The position numbers and the translations under genes were made by a program. A DNA stretch of 64,000 nucleotides, from the NCBI GenBank assembly GCA_020137815.1, contig CM035352.1, forward strand, positions 8,122,001 through 8,186,000, in the 5' to 3' direction. Position 1 is the first letter of the stretch; each line of letters begins with the position of its first letter. Positions 1-12,300 of this stretch are shown here, one piece after another. This DNA is from Hormiphora californensis. Its lineage: Eukaryota > Animalia > Ctenophora. The notes beneath the pieces are model-generated. The model had not been told where the DNA came from. It saw nothing but the letters and a program-made list of their open reading frames with translations, and searched no databases.

Positions 1-3000
1 CTGGACCAGAGTTGTCACTGACTAGTTGTCAACAAAAATACTATTTTTTCAATGAGGGGAAAAAAATTAAAATTTTTTTGTGATGGTATCATTTTGCCAA
101 TAAAGCAAAACCCCCAAAAGCTTCAAAAAAGCCCCAAAACCCCTAAAACCCAGGTTACCCTGAATTTGGCAGTGTGTGCAATTGATTTTTAGAAAGAAAA
201 AATCCAAATGCAAGGGGTTCAAGCTTTTGGTCATGGTTAGACAGTATTCAAAATTTTGTAGTTGCCACACCGGTAAAATAAAGGGCAGAAAAGAGTAGAA
301 TCATCGGAGAGAGGGCCAAAAATTGGGGAGTCATGAATCTTGAGGTGATTTTGGGATCAGCATTTACTGCAAAAATTCCAATCATGGTTAAAAAAAGTTT
401 TAATTTCAAAAAGTAAACAGGTGTACCATGGCATTTACAAGTACGGGTTTTTGGAGGCCATGAACAAAAGCATCAACACGTGTATCAAAAATGTCTGATA
501 CTCAACAACAACGAACTTCCCAAAAAGGTGGTTAATTTCATTTACCCGAATCATTGAAAAAAAAAACCAAAAATCGGCAAAATTTCTTTTGGGCTTCTTA
601 GAGAATTAAAGCTCCAGAGATCTTTTACCTGGAAATAAAGGACAGACAAAAATTTCAACATGAGATCTGTGATATTTCAAAACAACAGAATATTTTTTAA
701 CAAATGATGCAAGAAAAAACTCAGGAATGTTTTACTGCCAAAAAGAAAAAACAAACATATGAAAGCAGCATATGATAAAAATAAAGGTCTATTTGAGAAA
801 GGAAACATGATGCTTCCATCAACCAAACCCCCACAAAAGGTTACCACGATTTTTGGTCCCCATTTATCACGAAAAAAATTATTTTAAAATCATAGTGAAA
901 AAGGGGGACACTCAAAAATAGTCAACATTGAAAAAAAAATGAAACGTTACAAAACCAAAAAGTTCTCGCCAAGTGAGAAAAACACTGTCCAACAACCGGA
1001 GGAGGCACCAAAAGAGAGCGACTATGAGACGCTCCAACATCAGCACCATCTGGAGGGGATGATTCGGACTCTGATTCGGATAGCGACGAGGACAACTTTC
1101 CTAAATACTATTCAAACGGAATAAACCAAAAATTCCCAAAACGAGCCCCCCCAAAGCCAGGAGGAAACACCGCAAGTGGAACCCACGAGAGCTACTGAAA
1201 AAAAAGCCAAAAAACCCAGACCCCGGAGGAAAACATTCCCCCAGAGAGAGCTTAAACCCCGCAGCACCAAAACGGAAAAAAAGGGAGAAAGAGAAAGACT
1301 CGGAGAGATTTAACTACGAAACATGGGAGGGAAAAATAGTAAAGGCAAAATAAAATCCACAAACAGCCCGCGATTTCCGGCGCCGTGGAAGCGGAATCGG
1401 GAAAAGAGAAGAGGGTGAGAGGTTTTGGTGTTTTGGGTTTTCTGTGACAGATGGCAGACTCCAGCACAAGTTACAGAGGAAAAAGCCCCAGTTGAGAGTC
1501 AGCCGACGTGGAAACTCAACACGGTGGAAAAGAGCAAGAACCACCTACGACGTCTTGAATCAAGTTTTTTGGACGAACCAGAAATTAACGTGCCGGAAAG
1601 GCCCCTTAAGGGAAACCCAAGGGGGGAAAGAAAAATCCTAGCCCGTTGGGTAGTGATCCATGACTCACCCGGAAAAAAAGAGGAGGAGGGGGACCCGGGA
1701 AGAAAAGAAAGGGAAAAAAAAGATTGGGGGACAAGATCTCAGGAAAAAATAAATCGCTACTGCAAGGTTTTCCCCAGGTCCTGTCACGATAACCCCCCCC
1801 TACCTATTGGAACCAAATAGTTATCCCCCATCTTTTGGGGGAAAATAATTTTTGGTGAGGGATCAAAAAAATGGTTTTTCACCCCCGGGGGGGATTTTGG
1901 GAGGTAGTGATATGGATGAGGATTGACCATTTCACGTATTTGGAAGAGGGGGCAAGAAGAGTTTTAATGAAAAAACCAATCACAACAGGGGTTTCACTAT
2001 GGATACAATTTTTCCAAACCGCATTTGCTTGGAGTGACATAAAATATTTTCCAAAAAATATTGCAATGGTGTTATAAAATATGGTAGTATTCGTACGAAT
2101 TTTATAAAATGGAAAAAGCCAACCCCTAACTTCCACTGCCAACTTTTTGAGTAATTTTTTCAACCTCTACGAGTATACAAAAGGTTTAAAATTCCCTACC
2201 AACCCCTGGTTTTAATTACTCAATAATTTTTGATAAAAACTCACTCTGCCCGTATGAAGATTTTTTTCCCCTCGAATCGGCAATATGCGAAAAGGTTTCA
2301 AAGTAGGGGCAAACATTTCACCAATAAAAAAATATCGTTTTTATGAAGAAAAAAAAATTTACCTTACCTGATAAAGGAAATTACATAGCCCAAAGGTCAA
2401 TGAATACCTTTTTAAAAAACCAAGGGGGGGGATATGTTTTATCATGATTTTCCCTTTAATTTACTTTTTCATGACGCGGAGAGATTTAAAAATTTCCGGG
2501 GAAACCACAGGAGGTAGATATATCGGGAGATTGTTATGACCTCGAGGAGCACCTACGTCAAGCAAGAACGAGCAGATGTTTAACCTACGATCTTTGTTAT
2601 GTCTATCGTGATGACAGAGGAAACAAGGCACTGCACTATATAACCGAGATGAAGAACTGGGAAGAGGACCGATCCGCTACTACCCCACACCATCCCTATA
2701 GCGGAACGAAGACCCCTACCTCCCTGGACCGCCCAAGCTATCCACCTTGACTTTCCCACGGATACCCGATGAGATAGCAAGATTACTTCTACCTTGCTAT
2801 AACCTGTAGTTGTCTCGTGTACCCTATTCCCTAAACCAGTAAACTATACTCACCCACACGTCACCACACAACCACCATAACAATGGGTTAGGGCTGTTGT
2901 TAGGGTCGGACTAGGGTTTTGTTTGGGGTTATCGGTTAGGGCTATCGATTCTCTATCAGATACCGTTTAGTTTACTCAAATCAGTCATGTGGTTGCGCGG

Positions 3001-3048
3001 CTATAGCCGTTTGAAAAAAGTCGGTCTAAGTGGTTTTAGGTGTACTTT

Positions 3049-3152
3049 TTTGGTAGCGCACACATGTAAACACTCTGCAAGGCACCCAGATTATAATCGC
3101 GCCCGTTACGATCTGGGTGTCTGGTGGCCTGTTTACAGGTGCACGCTACCAA
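3049..3152. other. ~105-nt imperfect hairpin upstream of NAP1
   Basis: Outer stem TTGGTAGCGCACACATGTAAACA / TGTTTACAGGTGCACGCTACCAA. Inner stem GCACCCAGAT / ATCTGGGTGT. Confidence 0.7.
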
Positions 3153-3335
3153 GAAATTGATTCTCTAAAATGGCTCTCACCGTCAAGCCACTCAACCGTT
3201 TTGGCTAATTCAAAGTTTAACTGGTAGGAAATGTCAAGGCCTAACCCCAACCCAAACCCCAACCCTAACCCGGTGTCCGTTTCTCAAACGCGTTTCATCC
3301 TGTAATTTTACCTCGATAACTTTCTTAGAGCGAAA

Positions 3336-5541
3336 ATGACAAGCGAAGACATCGCTAATCTGAACGCGATCCAGGATCCGAACACCCTTGCGGCCCTTCA
3401 GGATAAACTGGGACAGATGAACATCAAGCGAGCTGACAGTGACACACTTGATTTGCCTGTTGCTATCAGGAAACGGGTGAATGCCATTAAGAACATCCAA
3501 CTGCAGACCACAAAACTCGAAGCGGAGTTGTACAAGGAAGTGCACAAGTTAGAGATCGAGTATGCCAAGAAATATGCTCCCCTCTACCAAAGGAGAATGC
3601 AGATTGTCAATGGAGAGGTTGAACCATCTGAGTCAGAGTGCGTTATGCCCGGGGAGGAGGAAAACTCAACACCTCAGGTAGATATGAAGGGGGTATATTA
3701 TATTTGATTAAAGCGGGAATATGGGTTACCATGGTGACCTCAGAGAGAGTAGATCTCTTGTTTTAGCTCTCCAGAACGCACTTGTAATAATAATAATCAT
3801 CCCATCTCTCTCCTAGGATAATAGAGAAGAATCAATGAAGGGGATCCCCGGCTTTTGGTTGACAATCTTCAAGAATACAGAGATCCTTTCTGAAATGTGC
3901 ATGCCTCATGATGAACCAATCCTTGAGGCACTTCAGGATATTCAGGTTAGTTCACTGTTGCTATTAAATCCATATTTCACTTATTTAGTGGCTGTTTAAT
4001 CCATTTTCGGGGATTTGCTCACTGTTTTTTCTAACTTTAATATCTGTGGATGTCACATTTACTGATCCTTTCTCCTCCCTCCAGGTATCCTTCCTGGAAA
4101 AGAAGGGGTTTGGGATTTGTTTGGGGTTTTTATTCCGAAAATGAGTTTTCGAAAGGACAGAGATTAAAACAAAGAAAGAGAGAAGAGTGAGCCCCGTGAT
4201 TTCGACCCAGTTTGTTTTTTTGGGGGCCCCAGATTTTTTGTTTACTGGCTGTAATCAACTGGAAAAGAAAGGTTGTTTTTTTTTTGGGGGGTCCCCCCAA
4301 AAGAACCCCGAGACCATTTTTATTCTTTTACGCCCTGGGGGCGGGAAGGGAAATTTGGGTAGTAAAAAAGGGGAAAAAAAAACTTTTGGGGGGGGCCCCC
4401 CTTTTAAAAAGGGGGGGGTATTGGGGGGTCGGGAGAGAGGAGAGAGAGCGGGGGAAAGGGGGGCCAGGGGATTCTGTTCCTTTATCTTTTTATCTCTTCT
4501 TATGCTCTTTGTATATTCTAATTTCTCTCTTCCTTTCCTCTCTCTTCCCCATCTCTCTCCCTAAAAACCCTTTTTTTGAGATCTTTTTCTTTTTTTCCCC
4601 TATTTTTTTTCGCCCTTTTTTTTTTTCTTTTTCCTTTTTACTTCCCCTTCCTCTCCTCTCTCGCTTTCTGATGGAGTGAGTCAGATATTCACTGAAAAGA
4701 GTTCTTGAGAAGGTGACTCGAGATGGAAGAGAGACCGATTTCGATCTTTGAGGACCGAGATTGTTTACTGCTGTACTTCAACGGAAGAAAGGTTTGTTCT
4801 TTCTTGGTGGGTCCTCATCGAACCAGATGACCTATTTCATCTTTACCCCTGAGAGTGTGAAAGGAGAATGCAAGAGCAGAAGAGGAGAGGGAAGAGAGGA
4901 AGTACGAGAGCAGCGAGAGAGGAAGATACGAGAGGAGAGAGAGAGAGGTACGAGAGAGGAGAGAGGAGAAGAGCAGAGAGCGCGAGCAGAGCGGAGATGC
5001 TGAGAGAGGCGAGGAGCTGCTCTGATACATACTGATTAATTCCTGTCTCTATCATCTCTCTGCATCTATTCTCTCTCTCTCGTCTCTCTACTCTTCTAGA
5101 CTTCTCTCTCCTCTCTCTCCTTCCTCCCAATCTGCAAGTTGCACACGTTTATAACTTGATGAGATGGGCTCGAAAGAAGGGAGGTTTAATACTTTCAACC
5201 CTATTCTTGATGTATAAGCACTCTGAGATTCATATTGTGTGGTTCAGCAGCTGAGATGAATATGAATAAACGGTTGCGGGTAGGGGTGCGAGGCAGTAAT
5301 TATTAGCAGTTCGAAAAATAATGGTACTGAGAGACGAGAAAGAGTGAGCAAGGAAGAGAAGAACCTCTCTCAGGATGTAGCAGAGAGGAGAGGCCGAGAG
5401 GAGAGAGAGAGAGAGAGAGCGAGAGATAGGAGGAGAGAGAGGAGAGAGTAGGCTGGAGAATCATGCGACAGAGAAGAGAGAGACGAGTCGATAGCTAGAC
5501 GAGCGATAGAGCGAGCTGCTAGCAGCGATTCGATCTCTCTC

Positions 5542-5605
<64 letters not shown>

Positions 5606-7743
5606 TCTATCTCTCCCGCTCTATCTCTACAAGAGGGGGTATGTGTGTAAACAAGTGTAGGATATTGATTTGTCTACACCTGTCAAGTGTGGTAAGACCG
5701 ACCCCTTCCACAGCTGCAGTAGCCACAGCGAACTGTGGTTATGAACATTAATTAGAGAAATATCAAATCAGTTCATAGTTTACATGATTCATTTTATCCA
5801 GAATTATTTGACGGTTGATTAATTTATTGATTCAGAGAGAGAAAAAACCATTTGGTAGATTATGCAATCGTTTCAAAATACATTTGAAGATTTCTAGAGG
5901 AGAATTATAATGCACTGACTGCAATATATATACGTTGGGGAGATTGGTTTTGTTCAATATATTCGAGAAATTGCTATTGTGCAAGACCTTTAAATTTCAC
6001 AATATTTTTGTTAGAAAGACGGATTTTACATCATGAAATTGTATATCATAAAATCAAGAGTTTAGAATGTATATTTCTGTGAGCTGGTGAGGGTATAATC
6101 CAATAGTAAACGAGGTCAAGATCATATTTCATACACAGTGTACACGTCCCGGAATACTTTCTTTGTCCTCACATCACTAGCTTCTTCTTAACTCCCTAAA
6201 TATAGTCCCTACCATTATTATAACACCTTGTCTTGTCCTTTGAACAAAACAAATGTTTTTTGCAGGAAAGAATGTGACTGAGAAGGTGGTAAAGAAGAAA
6301 CAAAGGATGAGGGGTGCCAAGGGCCAGACCAGGATTATCCAGAAGACCATCAAGGAGAACAGCTTTTTCAATTTCTTCGCTCCTCCTCAGATGCCAGCTG
6401 AGGATGATATGGTGGACGAAGAGTTGGAGGCACTTCTAACCACTGATTTTGAGGTAATTGAGGCACTTCTAACCACTGATTTTGAGATGCACTGACTTGT
6501 TGTGTAATACAAAAAGAGTTATACAGTAAAGCCTGTCCACGCCTTGTCAGTACCTTGAATACAAACTCTTCGCTAATTCCAGTTATAAAAAGGAGGGGAA
6601 TTGGGAAGTAAAGAGTTTTAGTGGAAAATTATCCCCCTATCATATCAAAATTTGATACTATTTTCCCCTGAATAGAAGGCAATATATTTTCTCATACTTG
6701 GCCGATAAAAACATTGTACACTGAGTAGATCTACATTCCATATGAACATCCCTCCTGAGATGTATTTACAGTGTCATATTCAGATACACACACACATGCA
6801 TGTCACATCCTTACTATTAATAGTAAAAACTCTTCTACCGATTATCAGATCCCCCGCTCATTTTGATTTTGAAATAGCCCCTATCCTATCGAGTCTTACT
6901 TTGTGACATTACTTTGTACAAGTGCTATTAATTATACCAGTGATAACCATGTGATTATCCCCAGTGAGCTATTAATTATACCAGTGATAACCATGTGATT
7001 ATCCCCTCCACAGATCATATATCAGTATAAATCCATCTGATTAAATTCGGAATAATGATATTAATTTACCCTCCCTCTTCCTCCAGATTGGTCAGTATAT
7101 CAGAGAGAGAATTATCCCAAAGGCAGTTTGGTACTTTACCAATGAGGTGACTGACATTGAGTCTGATCTTGATGATGTGGACAGTGAGGATGACGCTAGC
7201 TCCACCAGTGATTATGTGAGTTAATTAGGGGTAGTTAATTAGTTAGGGATAGATAATTAGTCAGGGATAAATAAGTTGAATAAATCGTTGATTTATTTAG
7301 TTTCTATTTCTACCTCGACCCTATTTTCTGTTTCTAGAGTCCAACTGAACCCCCCCCCCCCCCCCCCCCCCCGCACTGCACCCCCTACCCTGACCCCCCC
7401 CACCCCGACTGAACCAAATGAAACGCTTCAATCTTCATTGTATAATTAATGTGCTGGTTATTTCATGGTATGTGTGCCTCAGTGCATGTGATCATTTAAT
7501 TTGTAAATGTACAGCTAATCTTTCTCTTGCCCTATAATGTTCATTTTTATCTGTCATTTTATTCATTTCCCGCTCTAACTCTCTCACTTTTCTCTTTCGT
7601 CACTCATTTTACTTTTATCTTAATTTTTGTAGGAGGCAATGCGTAGTGGAGTAATTGGGAGATAAAAAGTGCATAATCACGTGTCATCTGTCTCTCTCTT
7701 TCTCTCTCTCTCTCCCCTTTCGCTCTCTCTCTCTCTCTCTCTA

Positions 7744-7820
<77 letters not shown>

Positions 7821-8550
7821 GCCAGGGCTGAGGGGCCGTATATTATACCAGGAGATGTTATATATGACCACGTTTGCAGCACTCCTTACGATTCTCTCTG
7901 TCCTGAACCTAAGTTCATTTTGACAATTCTTGTCCTTTATACAGGGTAGCTATCTCTCCCTCTCTATATCTCTCCCTCTCTCAGTCTCTCTATCTATCTC
8001 TGGACTCTGGTATTATCGTATATATCGCATGGTCATGAGTGGCGTGTTCGTGTGTGATCCGGCAGCTGTCACGGAACATTATCCACTCTGTCTGAGAGTA
8101 GAGAGAGGTTGTATAATAGAAAGACACACGGTAGAAAGGGGAGAGGCACAGCAAAATAAAAGAAGGGATCTAAAGGAGAGAGGGAGATATAAAAGAGAGA
8201 GGGAGATATAAAAGAGAGAAATATGATATCAAGCGATGAGCTCATCATAATCCGCACGACAGAAAGATGTTTAAAACATGTCGTTAGATCATGATTTACA
8301 AATCCCATGACCCAAAACTAACACCCCCATTTCCCCTCTAATATCTCTAGGGCCAAAGTAACACTCCCATCTAGCCCTCTGTCCACGCCTATAACACCCC
8401 AATGTATAACACCCCAATGTATAACACCCTATTTTCTCCAATATATAACACCCTATTTTCTCCCAGGATGATGATTTGGAACATAATGAGAACATTGTGG
8501 CTAACGAGACAGTTACCGACGTGCAGAAGGAAGAATGCAAACAGCAGTAG
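3336..8550 (+). CDS. NAP1L1: Nucleosome assembly protein 1-like (NAP1 family histone chaperone), multi-exon
   Basis: Exons ~3336-3677 (LPVAIRKRVNAIKNIQ...LYQRRMQIVNGEVEP), 3817-3945 (KGIPGFWLTIFKN...DEPIL), corrupted exon ~4085-4271, 6266-6453 (KNVTEKVVKKKQR...NSFFNFFAPP), 7087-7215 (IGQYIRERIIPKAVWYFT plus acidic tract), 8467-8550 ending CKQQ*, the NAP1-type CaaX motif. GT-AG borders seen. Confidence 0.95.
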
Positions 8551-9359
8551 AGACATCTATCTTTTTATTTTCAAATGGACTAAATTATTGAACACTCTGC
8601 TTTGCAATCTTTCTCTCTCTTTTTCTCACTCTTCACATACTATGCATCCACACTCCACCAGTTGACCATCACAGAAAGATGATTTTTTGGTGAGAGAGAG
8701 AGAGAGAGAGAGAGAAACAAAGATCACGTATTTTGTGGCTCTCCTGCTTTTGTGAGTTTTCACGAGGCTGATCGCCGGCCTTTTTATTAATCTACAATTT
8801 TTTTGTAGCGAGCAAACAAAGAAAAGTTCATTGTGTTTCTTTGCGATTGCTTTCACTCTCAAAACTTGTGTTTCTTTTCATTTTCCCAGCGAGCTTCATT
8901 AGACCATTGAAAGGTAAATTGGTAGTTACAATGTATACACGATTCCACAACCCTCTGCCTTCCCTCTCGGTCCACTGTGAACTGCCTCGGAAACAGAACG
9001 CGCGCAGACCTTTCTCCATTGAGAGTACGAGTGTTCAGCAGTATAAAATCTGGCGCCAAATTCACGCGCAAAACCATTTTGAGCATTTAGAAAAATGTCA
9101 TGGTGCGCGCGTCCGATTTGGGTACCTCTAATCATTTGAGAAGTCGCGTTGGATACACCCATACATTGGAAATGGGCCCGAACTGATCAGACTGGTTTTG
9201 ATTTGTATCAGTTTCCATTCAGACTCATAAGTCATTCGACATTCGTAAATTAACTTACTGAACATTAATGTTACGATGTGCTATCCATTTCTAATTTCTT
9301 ACTCCATATGGCATATGTATTTCTCAGTTGTTTTAACTTTTTTAAATTTTCTAGGCAGC

Positions 9360-12300
9360 ATGTTACGATTGCTATACCTCGTTTGCTCAATCCACCTGGT
9401 CTCAGCAATCTTAACAGATGGTGGGTATATTATGGTCGTACTTTGCAATTTTGCATTATTGTAGTTGAACGAGTAGGTACAGTCGGACCCCGATTTAGGG
9501 CCCCCCGATTTAGTGGCACCCCGATTTAGGGACAGGATTTTTTTCCCCGATATACGAAAATTAACATAATTTGAACCCGATTTAGTGGACACCCCGATTT
9601 AGTGGACAAGAGCCTTTCCCCCGAGGGTGTCCCTAAATCAGGGTCCGACTGTACCTACATTTCAGTCTGACTAATCGCCCACACCCCCTTTCCAGATCCC
9701 CTGCCTACCGACAGTACCGTGGGTTCAGATTATGTTGACTCCAAACGGGACGGGGAAGGGTTGATTCATGTTGAAGATGTTAACATGAAAAAGTATACCA
9801 AAGATACTCCTGCGTTTATCTACCACTTCGAGGACAAGTAAGTCTCACATTTTCCATCAATACATGCTTGATGAACAGCCCAGTTCAAATTTAACTTCAA
9901 TAAATGACCACACTTTTTACCCCCTCCCTAGGTCTGACACAGAGACTCTCGAGATTGTAAAATCAATGCTGCAACCCCTATCAACCATTGAGTTCCAGCT
10001 GAATGCGACCCAAGGGTTCTGGGTTGATTTTGGGGTAACTCACACCAGCAAGGAGTTGCAGAAACAACTGAAACTTCACCACATCCCAGGCTTGTATCTT
10101 CATATTAATGGAAAAACGGAGGAATATACTGGCACACCGGAGGTGTTTGGTAAGCGAACATAATTACCTAGTTATAATTGAGAATAGCTCGGGTTAGGGG
10201 GAATCTACCCTCCCTTTTTATTGGCCCACGCGGTATTAAATGTGAATGGGGGTGGTTGTTGCATGTTATATTGGGGGGGGGATATATTATACAGTTAGTA
10301 CAAGCAGGGGGGTAACTGCAGTGGGTGTGTGTGCTTTCCTTGTCCCCCGCAATATTCACGACTAACAAACTCCACAACTATAACTGGACCGGGGAACCAG
10401 AACATCCTTTCCCTGACGCACCTACGTAGTGCCCAACCCATATCTTTACCATCATCTTCCCTCCCTCACCTTCCTCGAATTCCCTTTTATCCGTCATCCC
10501 ACGCTCGAAATCCCATCTCTCCCTCCACATCCCATCTCCCCACCCTGCTAATCCCTTTTCAGATCACCCTCCCTTCTCTCCCCTCCCTCTAATTCCCTTG
10601 TCTCCCGTCCCCCTAATTCCCTTGTCACCCTCCCTCCCCCTAACTCCCTTCTCTCCCTCCCAGAGATAGTGGAGTGGATACTAAAGAAGACGAACACGAC
10701 AATCAGGACATGGTCAGATGTACCATTCGGTATGAAGGACGGTAGTTACGAGATAAACCAACATAACTACAACAGATTCGCGGCAGAGTCAATCTTCTCT
10801 ATGATATACTTTTACGATGACGAGTAAGTACAAGTTGTAAAAATGGAGATAAGAGATCGATCGGGGGGGGGGGGGGGGGGGGGGGGGGTTCTGGAATGCT
10901 GCTCGAGCTCCCCAATGGAAGGATCACTGGTCAGAAAGGTTATGCAAACAAATTTAATGTTCTTCCTAATCCTATAGAAGCCCATACCAGTCCTTTCTCT
11001 TTAATATTATGTGATAGTCATATCATAGTAAACACGATAAACCTCTTGCGTTATCAAGTATGGATTGCTTTGCATTTTGATGATTTATCATTTGGTAATT
11101 CTAAATTATCAAACAATATATTTACTTTGCAAAGGCCTGTAGGTATTCCAACATGTTTGCCTTCCTTTAGGTATAGAAACATTTCTATAAACAACAACTT
11201 TCATAGCCGTTATGGTGGTAGCCATTAACTTTGGTCTTCACTACCATGGGCTTCCTAGTCTAAACGATCTGGCTTTACTAACTGCTGAGGATAAAGTTGT
11301 CAAGGCTAGCTCCTTTGTACTCAAAGTACTGAGTCCTGTCATCCAAGCTCTGTCTACAAACGAGGTTGATTTGGAGGAATTTTCTGAGTCTACAGTTAGG
11401 GAGGTAGTGCACCGGTGCTACAGTATTGGGGCTGGAATTGGCGATACTACTGAAGCGACTCCTGAAGTTCAGGCACTGGCCGATTTCCTCGGTTTTCCAT
11501 GGCTTTTAGAGGAACAAGAACCGTTGGGTGAACTGACCGTCCCATTCAACTTCAGCGAGCACTATCTTGTAATGGATGAATTGAACAATATAGAACTGGA
11601 CGTAATGGAAAATAAAATAGTATCTGCTAACTCATTTGTACTAGCTGCTAACAGTATTTTTATAGGCAAGTTGGTTGCTAAAGAAGGGGTCAAGAACATT
11701 AATTTGACGGAGTTTTCTGAGGGCGGAGTGAAGGAGTTTTTAACATTCTGTTACACTGGATCGATGGGGGAGGTTTTAACCAAGAAGAATTTCCGTGAAA
11801 TCAACAAGCTTAGTTTTGCGCTAAAGGTGGATTGGATACGAAATGGATGTCTGAAATTCTACTGTACTCTTTGTGCAATTCTAGAAACGCTTGAAGAAGC
11901 ATTTTTCTTATTTCATGAGGCGGCATTTGTTCTTAAAGAGGCTGGCTCTCGAAAGTTCATACAGGCTCTACGCATTGGTCTAAACTTAAAACCCGGTTTG
12001 CGTTTAGAACTAATGAGGAGTTTCTTGTCCCGGAATCTAACATCTGCACACTTTACATCAGTTGATGTCTGCCTTTATTTGGCTCAAGATAAGATCGTAA
12101 ATCTCTACCGTTACCTACTTAGTGTCATCAACCAGAAGACTCCGCCGTTTGAGCTGAATGATGGCGAAATGCGTCTGCTTCAGCCTTATTACTTAGCCAG
12201 ATGTTCTGCACTGGACAAATCCGTGCTGTCTTCTTTGGTCGACGCAGTAAATTCTGGAATTTCCTCTACCCAATTAAGACTGGTTTTTGCAAAGTTTGGC

